In this document: positions 32,137 through 42,794 of the stretch, one piece after another
Numbering within the stretch: the first letter of the stretch is position 1
Layout of the letters: each line of letters begins with the position of its first letter
NCBI GenBank assembly: GCA_964571605.1
Contig: CAZNCS010000001.1
Location: forward strand, 4,098-68,097
Source of the DNA: an uncultured Leptospira sp.
GTDB lineage: Bacteria; Spirochaetota; Leptospiria; Leptospirales; Leptospiraceae
Reading direction: 5' to 3'
Length of the DNA stretch: 64,000 nucleotides
The notes under the pieces: model-generated
What the model was told of the DNA's origin: nothing
Seen by the model: only the letters and a program-made list of their open reading frames with translations
Database searches by the model: none
Translations under genes and position numbers: made by a program

Positions 32137-34689
32137 TTAGAATTCGTTTTTAGAGAAGGAAAGGGTGGCGTGAAGTATATTCATTTTTCTGAATTCCCAG
32201 ATAAAACTGACGGTTAGGCCCAGTCCCAGTGAAATGAAAGTTTCTTGGAATCCGATCGGTTCCAGTCCGAACAATCGTAGAAGTAAACTATTATGGAAAA
32301 TTATAGTGATGATAAGAATCGTAAGCGCTAAAATCCAATAAATCGTATAATTATCCTTTGGTAATACTTTAAAAAAAGGTTTAGAGTAGGATAAATTGGA
32401 AAAAATCAGACCGAAATTGGAAGCGATTAGGAAAAGGAAACCAAGCGAACGTATTTTTTCATGGGTCCAAAGGGATTCTTTTCCAAAGAAATAAAGAGCC
32501 AATAATACGAATAGAACCGAGCCTCCTTGTAAAAGGCTGAGTAAAAAATTCTTTAGGCCGAGAAGATTTTCCGTTCTGGACCTGGGAGGGACACTGCCTA
32601 CCGCATTTTCAGCGGGTAATCCTTCGAATACTAAAGAGCAGGATGGATCTATAATTAATTCAAATAATAATACATGAGCAGGAAGAAGGAAAAGGGGATC
32701 TCCTGTAAACACAGGTAGAAGTGACATTCCGATAATAGGAATATGGACTGAAATTATATAAGATACGCTTTTCTTTATATTTTCGTAAATTTGCCTTCCT
32801 AATAGTATCGATTTCACTATGGAGGAAAAATTATCGTCTAAGAGCACCAAGTCGGAAGCCTCTCGGGCCACATCCGTTCCGCGTTTCCCCATAGAAATTC
32901 CGATATGCGCAGCTTGCAAAGCGAGAGCGTCATTGACGCCGTCTCCGGTCATCGCAACAGTCTCACCTTTACTTTGTAATCGTTTCACGATTTTTAATTT
33001 TTGGTGGGGACGAATTCTGGAAAATATATTTGCTTTTTCTAATTTATAATCCAACTCGGAATCGGAAAGATTCTGTAGTTCTGCTCCGGTGAGAATCGAA
33101 TCCGGGTGTTGCAATCCGATCTTTTTGGCGATTGCAGTAGCAGTTCCAGAATGGTCTCCGGTAATCATAACAACTTTGATTCCAGCTCGATTACAATCGG
33201 AAATGGCGGAAGGGACTGATTCTCGAATCGGATCTTCTAAAACGACCAGACCTAAAAATTCAAAATCTAAATCGTGCTGATCGCTTGGAAGGTTTTGGTT
33301 TTTTACAAATGATTTTGCAACTCCCAAAATTCTAAATCCTTCTAAGGCATATTCTTCAGTAATTTCGGTCCATTTTTCCATCTTTTCCGGAGAAAAATGA
33401 CAAAGATCGAAAATCGCTTCGGGAGCCCCTTTGGCTCCTACGAATATCTGGCCTGAATTTTCTTTAGAAAGCCAAGCATAACTTAAAGCCAAAAGTTTTT
33501 GAGTAAGCGGATATTCTTTTTCCAATTGCCAATTCGGATGGATATGTTCCGTCTTAGAAAGATATTGCAACCCGAGTTCTTGGATGGCTTTTTCCATCGG
33601 ATCATGAGGATCTTTTTGGGACGCGAGCACGGCGAATTCCAATAACGTATGAAATTTTTCAGGCATCTCTTTTAAATCCGAAGAGCAGTCCAAATATTCG
33701 TTCTCGTAAAATAACCCTTGTACCTTCATCTTGTTTTCGGTTAATGTGCCGGTTTTGTCGACGCATAAGACAGTAGCTGCTCCCAGAGTTTCGATTGCAC
33801 TTAACTCTCTGGTTAATACTCCGATTTTTGATATTCTCCAAGCTCCTAGAGAGAAGAATATACTCAATACGACAGGAAGTTCCTCCGGTATGACCGCCAT
33901 GGAAAAAGTAAGTCCTGCAAGCAAGGCCTGTAGCCAATTTCCAGAACGAAACCCCAAACCTAAAATCAGGAATATACATAGTAGTCCGGCGAAAAGTGAG
34001 AAGAGTAATGTAAAACGTTTGATTTCTAGTTGTAAGGGACTTTCCGAACTGGAAATACTTCCCAATTCTTTTCCGATCTTTCCGATTTCGGTGAAATTGC
34101 CTGTATTATTAACTTTGAAAATGCCTTCTCCGGATACGACCGTACTACCAGCGTAAAGACGATTTGAATTTTCGTTATGTATTTCTCCCAATTTTGAATA
34201 TTGTTTAGCTACACTAACGGATTCTCCTGTCAATAAGGACTCGTCTATATGTAGATTGAGAGAGGAAAGTAAAAATCCGTCGGCGGGAACCCTGTCTCCT
34301 TCTTTCACGAGTGCGATATCGTTTGGAACTACCTCTTTAGCGGAAATTTGCACCATCTTACCGTCACGAATTACTTTTGCGAGTAGAGGAGAGAGTTTTC
34401 TCAAAGAAGCCAACGCATTTTCGGATTTTCTTTTCTGGTAAATCGTAATGGATATTACAGCAATGACCGCGAAAGAAAGCATTGCTGCTTCTTCCAAATC
34501 GCCTAATAAAACATAAAGGAGACCGCAGGCAAGTAGTAGGAGCAACATCGGTTCTCCGAGTACGGCAATGGTCACCTTAAATAGGGAAGTTTTTCTGTTC
34601 TCAAGTTCGTTCGGACCGAATTTTGCAAATAACTTTAAAGCTTCTTCCGAGCTAAGTCCGGTCTGTAATTTATTTAGAGAGGTGTTCAT
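32137..34689 (-). CDS. Cation-translocating P-type ATPase (P2A/Ca2+-like)
   Basis: TGES, IPEELP, DKTGTLT, KGAPE, TGDH, GDGVND, FELIIDP. Confidence 0.9.
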   Translation of the reverse strand: MNTSLNKLQTGLSSEEALKLFAKFGPNELENRKTSLFKVTIAVLGEPMLLLLLACGLLYVLLGDLEEAAMLSFAVIAVISITIYQKRKSENALASLRKLSPLLAKVIRDGKMVQISAKEVVPNDIALVKEGDRVPADGFLLSSLNLHIDESLLTGESVSVAKQYSKLGEIHNENSNRLYAGSTVVSGEGIFKVNNTGNFTEIGKIGKELGSISSSESPLQLEIKRFTLLFSLFAGLLCIFLILGLGFRSGNWLQALLAGLTFSMAVIPEELPVVLSIFFSLGAWRISKIGVLTRELSAIETLGAATVLCVDKTGTLTENKMKVQGLFYENEYLDCSSDLKEMPEKFHTLLEFAVLASQKDPHDPMEKAIQELGLQYLSKTEHIHPNWQLEKEYPLTQKLLALSYAWLSKENSGQIFVGAKGAPEAIFDLCHFSPEKMEKWTEITEEYALEGFRILGVAKSFVKNQNLPSDQHDLDFEFLGLVVLEDPIRESVPSAISDCNRAGIKVVMITGDHSGTATAIAKKIGLQHPDSILTGAELQNLSDSELDYKLEKANIFSRIRPHQKLKIVKRLQSKGETVAMTGDGVNDALALQAAHIGISMGKRGTDVAREASDLVLLDDNFSSIVKSILLGRQIYENIKKSVSYIISVHIPIIGMSLLPVFTGDPLFLLPAHVLLFELIIDPSCSLVFEGLPAENAVGSVPPRSRTENLLGLKNFLLSLLQGGSVLFVLLALYFFGKESLWTHEKIRSLGFLFLIASNFGLIFSNLSYSKPFFKVLPKDNYTIYWILALTILIITIIFHNSLLLRLFGLEPIGFQETFISLGLGLTVSFIWEFRKMNILHATLSFSKNEF

Positions 34690-34735
34690 ATTTATCGGGG
34701 ACGTTTTTTAAATTTCTGTAATAAACTATTCGTCC

Positions 34736-35491
34736 TCAATGGTGATGAGAGTGGACATGTTCTATATTCGAATCTATAGGATTTGTATGTTCACCGTGTT
34801 GGTGGCCGAATCTGAATGCGATCATTAGAATGGAAACTACGACGGCAAGTCCTCCGGCGATACGTATTATTTTTCCTTTAAATTTGGATAATATCGAAGT
34901 GAATCCGATTCCGAAGGCGAATAAGAGAGGGAAGGTTCCTAAAAAGAACGACACCATAATCGCCGATCCTAAAAGGGGAGATCCGCTTGCAAACGCAGTA
35001 ATAAATGCAGGGTATAGAATCCCACATGGTAATAAACCAGTAAGCAATCCGAAAGAAAAACCTAATATTACGATCCGATTTGATTTTAATGGTCCGCTTC
35101 TCAATTCGCCTAAAATCGGTTTTGCCAGTTTTCCCATCAACCTACCCAAATACATATTTGAGCCTGGGGATTTTCCAAAGAATAAATACAATCCCATAAC
35201 AGCGAGAAAGAAAATCCCGATCCAAGCGGCGATTTCTTGGAAGGGCAAAAGACGAGATAATACTATATTTGTGCCTTCCCCTAAAAAACCAAGTAAGAGT
35301 CCGATTAAGGAGTAAGAAAGAAGTCGCCCCGAATTATAAGAGAGTTGTAGGATCGAGTTTTTGGATTTCTCCGAAGGAGAAAGAAAAAGTGTGAGAGTCC
35401 CGGCAAGTGGGCCGCACATTCCGACACAATGTAAGGATCCCGTTAGTCCGTTTAAAAATGCGGCGCCAAATAAGGCAAAAGAGAGATCCAT
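34736..35491 (-). CDS. Sulfite exporter TauE/SafE-like (DsbD_2) cbb3-associated membrane protein
   Basis: SLHCVGMCGP, YNSGRLLSY, GLLPCG, His-rich tail. Confidence 0.85.
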   Translation of the reverse strand: MDLSFALFGAAFLNGLTGSLHCVGMCGPLAGTLTLFLSPSEKSKNSILQLSYNSGRLLSYSLIGLLLGFLGEGTNIVLSRLLPFQEIAAWIGIFFLAVMGLYLFFGKSPGSNMYLGRLMGKLAKPILGELRSGPLKSNRIVILGFSFGLLTGLLPCGILYPAFITAFASGSPLLGSAIMVSFFLGTFPLLFAFGIGFTSILSKFKGKIIRIAGGLAVVVSILMIAFRFGHQHGEHTNPIDSNIEHVHSHHH

Positions 35492-35650
35492 CTATTTGTC
35501 TTCCTTCGGATTTTCTTCTTCGAAAAGCATTCTATATTTCGGACCCTCGATATCGTCGTATTGGCCCGTTCGATAACTCTGTATAAAAACGTAAAACGCT
35601 CCGAAAGCGATCATAAGTGCTATCGGAATCATAAGATATAATGCGTTCAT
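35492..35650 (-). CDS. ccoS: cbb3 oxidase maturation protein CcoS (absent from the ORF track)
   Basis: Hand translation MNALYLMIPIALMIAFGAFYVFIQSYRTGQYDDIEGPKYRMLFEEENPKEDK*, with the GQYDD motif; ATGA overlap with ccoI. Confidence 0.92.
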   Translation of the reverse strand: MNALYLMIPIALMIAFGAFYVFIQSYRTGQYDDIEGPKYRMLFEEENPKEDK

Positions 35651-38091
35651 ATAGAGATCCTATTTTTCATGGAAATGGAATTTAGAACCACAGTGAGAGA
35701 ACTTAGAGTCATAAATCCAGCGCAAATTACAGGAAGCATAAGTCCGGAAGCAGCAAGAGGAATCATTATAGAATTATAAATAATGGAAAGAAAAACATTC
35801 TGTAGAATTATGGATCTGGTTTTTCGTGAAATGGCGATCGATTTTGGCAATGAATCCAATCGATTTTTAACCAGTACTACGTCGGAACGATCCAGAGATA
35901 GATCCGAGCCCATTCCCATTGAAATTCCCAAATTGGATTGTGCAATACAAACCGAGTCATTGATACCGTCTCCGACCATAACCACGGTTTCTCCTTTTTC
36001 CTGCGCTTGCTTGATCCGGTCTCTTTTTTGGATGGGTGAAAGGTCGGAAGAATACTCTGTAATACCTAACTCCTCGGCTAATGTGCGGACTTTATCGTAG
36101 GAATCTCCGGAAAGTATTTCTATGTTTGGAATGAATTTTTTAATTTTGCGAATACTTTCCTTCGCTTCTAATCTTGCCTTATCTCCGAATTCCCAAGCAG
36201 CTAAAGGGAGTCCATTCGCGGTCAAATAGATCCATCCGTCGTTAATTTCGTTCTGATCGATCGTAAAGTTTCGGTTTCCGATCTTATATAAAATGTCTGT
36301 CCCGTTTTTTGCTTCGATTCCTTTGCCCGGGATTTCTTTGATATAACTCCAATGTATACTGTCTTTTTTTGTTTTTGAATTTTGTTTCTCCTCATCCTCG
36401 GAAAGTGTACGAACGAAGGAGCGTGCAATCGGATGCGCGGAATATTTTTCTAAATTTATTCCCAAATTGCGATAATAGCTTATATTATTTTGGTCACCGA
36501 AATTTTTCTCGGATTTTAATTCCAATTTTCCGGAGGTCAATGTTCCCGTTTTGTCAAAAAAGATACGATTTGCTTTGGCAAGTATTTCAGCTGTTTCCGG
36601 GTTTTTGATTAGAACTCCTTCTTTGGATTGTATCCAGTGGCCTACAACTAAAGCGGCGGGAACACTTAGGCCTAATGCGCAGGGGCAGGCTACGATTAAA
36701 ACGCTGATCGTATTCAGGATTGCATTTTCTATGGAACCGAAGTACCACCAGAAAGAAAATGTTCCGAGAGCCACAACTAAAACGATTTCGATAAAAACAA
36801 CCGCCACTCGATCTGTAACTCTTTGGATTTTGGGTTTTGTCAAAAGAGAATCTTCCAATAGTCTTCCGATTTTTGCCAGAGTACTTTCTCTGGATGTTCC
36901 AAAGGATCTGATAGTAATATTACTGGAAAGACAGACAGATCCTGCTTTTACTTCTTCTCCTTTTGTCTTGCGGATCGGTTTACTTTCCCCGGTTAACACG
37001 GATTCGTCGAAGAAGGCTTCGGAATTTTCAATTTCACCGTCCACTGGCGCGCGACTTCCGTAAGATAAACCGATTATATCGTTTTTTTCGATCGAGGAAG
37101 TGGATCGTTTTTCCCAGGATTCGTTTCTTTTTACATCGTATTCCTCAGGGATTAAGGAAAGCAATTCTCCGATTTTCATTCCCGCCTTATAACGAATCAT
37201 AGCCTCCAGATATTTTCCTAAAAGTATGAAGAAGTAAATCGTGCAGACAGAATCGAAATACACTTCTCCATTTCCCGATATGGTGACGTAAATACTGTAA
37301 AAATACGCTAGAGCTACTCCTAAGAATAAAAGAGTATCCACGGAAAGAATATGACGTTTCCAGGATTCATATGCTCCTTTCCAAAATGGATAACCGGAGT
37401 AGAAAAAAACAGGGGTTGCTAATATCCAGGAAACATAATGGAAAAGATTTTTAATATTCAATTCCATTCCTTCGAAATACCCGGCATACAGGCTTGCGGA
37501 AAATAGCATGATATTCCCCCAACAAAACCCGGCCACCGTCATTCGAAACGCCAAATCTTTAAAAGGTTTTTCTACTTTTGATTCCGATTTTAAGGGAGAA
37601 TATAAACTGGGTTTATATCCAAGTTCTCGGATGGAATGAAAAATTTTTTCCAAGGAAACTTTTTGTGGATCGAAAACCAGTTTTAGTCTTCCTGTCCCGA
37701 AATTGATTCTCGCCTCTTGGACACCCGAAATTTTACTTGTGGCTGTTTCGATCAACCAGACACAAGCAGAACAGTGGATTCCGGAAACTGTAACGAACGT
37801 GCTCCCCATTCCATTCGGTAAATTTTCGACATATTCGGAATATACAGAAGTATTATCTATGTTCGTATCGGATTCGGCGATATTCTTTTCTAATTTGGTA
37901 GGACCTATAATTTGAGTCCCTCTGATTTGATAAAAATGATCTAATCCGCTCGTAAGTAATAAGGCGGATAAGGTTGCGCATCCATTGCAGCAGTACTCTC
38001 TTTGGATTCCATTATGATTCGTGAATACTGGTTTTTCATCTATTATGGAATTGCAATGAAAACAGACGGTTTTAATCTTAGAATCGTTCAA
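35647..38091 (-). CDS. ccoI: cbb3-associated Cu P1B-ATPase CcoI/FixI
   Basis: CFHC...CCNGC N-domain, HCSAC, CPC, DKTGTLT, GDGIND; position in the cco operon. Confidence 0.9.
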   Translation of the reverse strand: MNDSKIKTVCFHCNSIIDEKPVFTNHNGIQREYCCNGCATLSALLLTSGLDHFYQIRGTQIIGPTKLEKNIAESDTNIDNTSVYSEYVENLPNGMGSTFVTVSGIHCSACVWLIETATSKISGVQEARINFGTGRLKLVFDPQKVSLEKIFHSIRELGYKPSLYSPLKSESKVEKPFKDLAFRMTVAGFCWGNIMLFSASLYAGYFEGMELNIKNLFHYVSWILATPVFFYSGYPFWKGAYESWKRHILSVDTLLFLGVALAYFYSIYVTISGNGEVYFDSVCTIYFFILLGKYLEAMIRYKAGMKIGELLSLIPEEYDVKRNESWEKRSTSSIEKNDIIGLSYGSRAPVDGEIENSEAFFDESVLTGESKPIRKTKGEEVKAGSVCLSSNITIRSFGTSRESTLAKIGRLLEDSLLTKPKIQRVTDRVAVVFIEIVLVVALGTFSFWWYFGSIENAILNTISVLIVACPCALGLSVPAALVVGHWIQSKEGVLIKNPETAEILAKANRIFFDKTGTLTSGKLELKSEKNFGDQNNISYYRNLGINLEKYSAHPIARSFVRTLSEDEEKQNSKTKKDSIHWSYIKEIPGKGIEAKNGTDILYKIGNRNFTIDQNEINDGWIYLTANGLPLAAWEFGDKARLEAKESIRKIKKFIPNIEILSGDSYDKVRTLAEELGITEYSSDLSPIQKRDRIKQAQEKGETVVMVGDGINDSVCIAQSNLGISMGMGSDLSLDRSDVVLVKNRLDSLPKSIAISRKTRSIILQNVFLSIIYNSIMIPLAASGLMLPVICAGFMTLSSLTVVLNSISMKNRISI

Positions 38092-38579
38092 GGTTCGATC
38101 CGTATCTGTTTCGTTTTTTCCAACAAACCTTCCTTAGTTTTTGCTGAAATACTGATCCGCCAAGATCCCGAAAATGGAATTTCCAATTCGCCCGAATAAT
38201 TTCCTTTATCGATTTCTTTTAATAGAAGTGTTCGGTTGAAAGTGTCACTTGCACTTCTTTCTAGTTTAAGTTGAATTTGCGCGCCGGAGATCGATTCTTT
38301 TCCTTTCTGAAATCTTACGGATATATTCTGTTTACCCGGTTTGAGTGAGGTCGGCTGACTGAGCCAAGGTGTATGGAGTTCGTATCCCATCTTCACCATT
38401 TCACGTTGGGAAGCTACGGTTTGGTCGTATTTCAAACCTTTTTCGTAATAGTTTGAATCTACCGGAGGAGTATGACCTGCCACTGCGATTCGAACCGTAA
38501 CGAATGTCGCTGTAAATAGTAGCGCGAAGGTAATCCCGATTAGAACGAATGCTTGTTTAAGGCTTCTGTGCATGGGCAA
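38088..38579 (-). CDS. ccoH: FixH/CcoH family protein
   Basis: Single TM, VDSNYYEKGLKYDQ; lies between ccoG and ccoI. Confidence 0.8.
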   Translation of the reverse strand: MPMHRSLKQAFVLIGITFALLFTATFVTVRIAVAGHTPPVDSNYYEKGLKYDQTVASQREMVKMGYELHTPWLSQPTSLKPGKQNISVRFQKGKESISGAQIQLKLERSASDTFNRTLLLKEIDKGNYSGELEIPFSGSWRISISAKTKEGLLEKTKQIRIEP

Positions 38580-39936
38580 TCCTCGTATTATTTGTATTTT
38601 GTTTTTGAACCAAACTTAAGGGTAAAAGAAAAGGAATGTCGATTGATTTGTTGAAATTCGGATCTAGGATATCCGCTATTTTCAAACGAATCTCGTGACT
38701 TTTTTGAGTTATGTCTTCGGGAGTTGCATTTAACTCGATGAACAAACGATATCTTTTTTCGGAATTGCCGGGGAGTTCAACCGTTGCGTTGACGGTTCCT
38801 CCTACAAGTATTTTACGAATTCCTTTTAGATCGGTTTGCTCTATTTCAAAATGGAGAGTACGATCGATAACTGTCAGATTTTGCATTTGCACTTCGTAAA
38901 AATTTCTAACAATTCCTTCTTCCAAAACCTGAGGTTGGATATTTCTATCCGCGATAATCGATAGATACAAAGGTACTCGTTTCCATAAGAGAAGGCTTAG
39001 AACAGAAAGAACCAGAATAAGAGCGCTCGAATAAAGAATTGTTCTTGGGCGGATCCATTGGATTTTCGAATCTTTTTGTTCGATCTGATTTTCGGACCAA
39101 TATCCGATCAGAGTTTTTTTATTTTCTTTCGCCATTTGTTGAGTGCAGGCATCCGAACATTTTCCGCAGGCGATACATCCTACGTTAGTTCCCTCTCGGA
39201 TATCGATTCCTGTAGGACAAACGACCAAACACATATTGCAAGCGGTGCAATCTCCTATTTTTACCTTTTCCTTTCTTCTAGGTTCTCCTCTTTGGAAATC
39301 ATAAGTGATGTTTACTGAGTGAGCGTCCATCATCACAGTCTGAAAACGTGCATAAGGACATGCGTATTTGCAGAACTGCTCTCGGATAAAGGCGATATCC
39401 GCATACATGGCAAAGGTAAAGAAAGCGAGATATCCCGACCAACCGGGTATATTTCCGTTTGTTTTCAAATCCATTATGGAATCTATCATACGATGCGGAT
39501 CCGCAAAATATGAGACCCATGCAGATGAAGCAAGTAGGCTGACTAAGATCCAAGACAGATGAGTGGAAATTTTGGGAAATAAGGGCGCGTCTTTTTTACC
39601 GTATTTAGAACCTTGGAGGAATCTTCCGATTCCGTCGAAGATATCCGTATAGATCGTTTGCGGACAGCCCCAACCGCACCAGACTCTTCCGATTAACGTA
39701 GTGAAGAAGAATAAGGCCAAGCCCATTCCCATCAGAAATAAATGTAGAAAGTAACCTTCTTGGGGAGTGAAAATATTTCCTAAAAGAAAGAATTTTCTAT
39801 CCGGTATATCCAAGCGTATGAGAGGCATTCCGTTCCAACGGAACCAAGGAGTGACAAAAAAAACGAAAACGAGAATGGACTGCACGTAGTACCGTGCAGT
39901 TCTAATTTTACCGGAGATAGGTCGTGAAACGATCAT
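38557..39936 (-). CDS. ccoG: cbb3 accessory 4Fe-4S protein CcoG
   Basis: GRVWCGWGCPQT, FCKYACPYARFQ, CTACNMCLVVCP, CIACGKCSDAC. Confidence 0.95.
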   Translation of the reverse strand: MIVSRPISGKIRTARYYVQSILVFVFFVTPWFRWNGMPLIRLDIPDRKFFLLGNIFTPQEGYFLHLFLMGMGLALFFFTTLIGRVWCGWGCPQTIYTDIFDGIGRFLQGSKYGKKDAPLFPKISTHLSWILVSLLASSAWVSYFADPHRMIDSIMDLKTNGNIPGWSGYLAFFTFAMYADIAFIREQFCKYACPYARFQTVMMDAHSVNITYDFQRGEPRRKEKVKIGDCTACNMCLVVCPTGIDIREGTNVGCIACGKCSDACTQQMAKENKKTLIGYWSENQIEQKDSKIQWIRPRTILYSSALILVLSVLSLLLWKRVPLYLSIIADRNIQPQVLEEGIVRNFYEVQMQNLTVIDRTLHFEIEQTDLKGIRKILVGGTVNATVELPGNSEKRYRLFIELNATPEDITQKSHEIRLKIADILDPNFNKSIDIPFLLPLSLVQKQNTNNTRIAHAQKP

Positions 39937-39973
39937 TTTACATTCCTTCTTTTCACAACTTTTCTCCCTGCTA

Positions 39974-40507
39974 TCATTTTGAAGCCCGTATATCCGGATT
40001 TCGAGAAGCCAACCATGCTAATACTTGATAGACTTTTTCAGACCCAAGGCTCATCTCGTGGGGAGGCATAGGTCCTCTTCCTAATTTAGTTTTTTCGACC
40101 GAAACTCCTTTCATTACGGTTTCATAAAGTTTTCCATCGGTATTTCCATGTAGCCAATCTTTATCCATAAGATTCGGTCCTACTAAACCTTCTCCCGTCG
40201 GGCCGTGGCATGCTACACAATACGTTTGAAAGGTGGTCTGGCCTGCCGTGACGGCTTCAGGATTGTTTCTCATCGGGTTGGAGCCGTCGGAGGATTGAAC
40301 TGCGACATTTCGGTTTGGAAATTGTTCTTTGTATTCTTCTAGTTGTGCGGAATAATATTCCGAGGTTCCCCAATCGGAAAATCCGTGAAAGTATATCGGA
40401 TATATGATCGCAATTACGATAGAACCCAGGAACACCCATTTCCACCACGCAGGCAGCGGGTTTTCACCTTGTCGGATTCCATCAAATTCTTTATTTGGTT
40501 CGCTCAT
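39974..40507 (-). CDS. ccoP: cbb3 oxidase subunit III CcoP, single-heme form
   Basis: EFDGIRQGENPLPAWW N-terminus; one CVACH; GPNL; MPP. Confidence 0.9.
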   Translation of the reverse strand: MSEPNKEFDGIRQGENPLPAWWKWVFLGSIVIAIIYPIYFHGFSDWGTSEYYSAQLEEYKEQFPNRNVAVQSSDGSNPMRNNPEAVTAGQTTFQTYCVACHGPTGEGLVGPNLMDKDWLHGNTDGKLYETVMKGVSVEKTKLGRGPMPPHEMSLGSEKVYQVLAWLASRNPDIRASK

Positions 40508-40511
40508 AAAA

Positions 40512-40658
40512 TCAATCCTCCTCTAACATTCTATATTTGGGTTTTTCCATTCTGTCTTTCCGCGAACGACGATATACATAAAGGAAAATAATCGAAATTG
40601 CGATCATCATGATCGGCAAACGAAGTGATTTATAAATTTGTAAAGTATCTAGATCCAA
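40512..40658 (-). CDS. ccoQ: cbb3 oxidase subunit CcoQ (absent from the ORF track)
   Basis: TTG start after a GAGGA RBS; MDLDTLQIYKSLRLPIMMIAISIIFLYVYRRSRKDRMEKPKYRMLEED*; lies between ccoO and ccoP. Confidence 0.88.
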   Translation of the reverse strand: MDLDTLQIYKSLRLPIMMIAISIIFLYVYRRSRKDRMEKPKYRMLEED

Positions 40659-40668
40659 AGTTCGTTCC

Positions 40669-41358
40669 TCATTGTAGACTTTTTGCGAGTTCCGCTCCGT
40701 CTCTTCCTAATTTGAGAAGATAGGCGATGAGAGCGTCGCCCTCAGTTTTGCCGGAAACAAGAGAGGCGACCGCTTCGATCTCCGCGTCTGAGTATGGAAC
40801 GCCGACTTTTCTAAGACCTTTCATATGATCCGCTATTTTAGTCGGATCCAATAAGGCGGATTCTGCAAAGAGCCAAGGATAGGACGGCATGATAGAACCT
40901 TTGGCGGTATCTCTTGGATTGATTAAATGTGTCTTATGCCACTCCGCGGAAGGTTGGATCTGGGACTCATGAGCCAGATCCGGTCCTGTCCGTTTAGAAC
41001 CCCAAAGAAAAGGATGATCATACACATATTCTCCCGCTTTGGAATACCCGTCTTTACCGTAGGATTGTTGGGGATCGAAACGATCTACTTCCCATTTGAA
41101 AGGGCGAATCATTTGGGTGTGACAGTTATTACATCCTTCTTTTTGATAAATATCCCTTCCTGCCAATTCTAACGCGTTATACGGCTTTGTTCCTGATATT
41201 GGCTCCGCGGTTTTGGTAAGAAAGAACGGCGGAATGAGTTCGAAAATTCCTCCGATTAGAATCGCTACCATCGTATATAGAGTGAATTTAACTCCGTTTT
41301 TTTCCCATTGGTCCGTAAATCCGGAGAACCAATCCAATAATTTGTCGAACCAATTCAT
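40669..41358 (-). CDS. ccoO: cbb3 oxidase subunit II CcoO
   Basis: ELAGRDIYQKEGCNNCHTQMIRP, WGSKRTGPDLA, MPSYPWL. Confidence 0.96.
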   Translation of the reverse strand: MNWFDKLLDWFSGFTDQWEKNGVKFTLYTMVAILIGGIFELIPPFFLTKTAEPISGTKPYNALELAGRDIYQKEGCNNCHTQMIRPFKWEVDRFDPQQSYGKDGYSKAGEYVYDHPFLWGSKRTGPDLAHESQIQPSAEWHKTHLINPRDTAKGSIMPSYPWLFAESALLDPTKIADHMKGLRKVGVPYSDAEIEAVASLVSGKTEGDALIAYLLKLGRDGAELAKSLQ

Positions 41359-42794
41359 ACTGTATTTACCTCTTTGTTCCCGACTCTTAAGTCGATCTCT
41401 TTGAAACCGGAACCAGATGTAGTCATCGTACGAATCAGGTTATAAATCATTACGATTAAACCTACGAAGTAGAGACCACCTCCGATCGCTCGAAACAATC
41501 GATACGGTTTTAATGTTTCAGTGATTTGAACCCAGTTTGGATATTTAAGTGCACCGGTTTCGTCTATCGCTCTCCACATAGCTCCTTCTGTGATACCGGA
41601 AACCCACATGGAAACTATATAGAGTAGGATTCCAAGTGTAGCTATCCAGAAGTGAATATTGGCTAATTTTTCCGAATATAGATTTGTGTTCCACATTCTG
41701 GGAACAAGATAGTATAGAACCGCAAAGGACATCATTCCAACCCAACCAAGTGTTCCGCCGTGAACGTGTCCGATAATCCAATCTGTATTATGGCCAAGCG
41801 CGCTGATCGATCTAAAGGAGAGTAACGGACCTTCGAACGTCGCCATACCGTAGAAGGTAATCCCGACCAATAACATTTTTAAGGTCGCGTCCGTTTTGAT
41901 TTTCTCTTTGGCCTGTGTAAGTGTCAAAAACCCGTTTAACATTCCTCCCCAAGAAGGCATCCATAACATGATACTGAATACTACGCCGGTAGTTTGTAGC
42001 CAATCGGGAAGAGGAGAATAAAGCAAGTGGTGAGGACCTGCCCAAATATAGAGGAAAATCAAACTCCAAAAATGGATAATCGATAATCTATGGCTGTAAA
42101 TCGGCTGTTTGATATGTTTGGGAAGATAATAATACATTAGTCCCAAGAACGGGGTAGTAAGTACGAATGCCACTGCGTTATGGCCGTACCACCATTGGAT
42201 ATTCGCGTCGTATACACCCGAATACACTGAGTAAGACTTAATCCAACTTACCGGAACGGAAAGATTATTAACAATGAATAGAATAGGGATCGTTACCCAA
42301 GACGCGATATAGAACCAAATTGCCGCATAGAGTTGTTTCTCTTGTCTGGTGAAAATGGTTCCAAAATAGTTGATAATGAAAATTACGAACCAAATTACGA
42401 TCAGCAAATCCAAAGGCCATTCGAGTTCGGCATATTCTTTAGATTGATTCATTCCAAGCGGTAGTGTGATCGCCGCTAAAATGATTGTTAGATTGTAGAG
42501 TACGAAATGTAATTTCGCAAGTTTATCGCTCCAAATGCGAACTCTACAAAGCCTTTGTACAGTGTGATATCCGGTCGCAAAGATGATGCTTAATGCGAAT
42601 CCGAAAATAGCTGCATTAGTATGCAATGGGCGAAGCCGGCCGAAAGTGAAATACGGTCCGATATTTAATTGCGGATAAACCATCTGAAAGGCAATCCAAA
42701 CTCCAACTAGCATGGAAGCAACGCCCCAAACTAAAGCCGAAAGTAGGAAACCTTTGACGATTCCGTCGTTGTATTTTTGTTCTAAAGAACTCAT
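41355..42794 (-). CDS. ccoN: cbb3 oxidase subunit I CcoN
   Basis: FGRLRPLHTN, WWYGHNAVAF, WAGPHHL, IIGHVH. Confidence 0.97.
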   Translation of the reverse strand: MSSLEQKYNDGIVKGFLLSALVWGVASMLVGVWIAFQMVYPQLNIGPYFTFGRLRPLHTNAAIFGFALSIIFATGYHTVQRLCRVRIWSDKLAKLHFVLYNLTIILAAITLPLGMNQSKEYAELEWPLDLLIVIWFVIFIINYFGTIFTRQEKQLYAAIWFYIASWVTIPILFIVNNLSVPVSWIKSYSVYSGVYDANIQWWYGHNAVAFVLTTPFLGLMYYYLPKHIKQPIYSHRLSIIHFWSLIFLYIWAGPHHLLYSPLPDWLQTTGVVFSIMLWMPSWGGMLNGFLTLTQAKEKIKTDATLKMLLVGITFYGMATFEGPLLSFRSISALGHNTDWIIGHVHGGTLGWVGMMSFAVLYYLVPRMWNTNLYSEKLANIHFWIATLGILLYIVSMWVSGITEGAMWRAIDETGALKYPNWVQITETLKPYRLFRAIGGGLYFVGLIVMIYNLIRTMTTSGSGFKEIDLRVGNKEVNTV

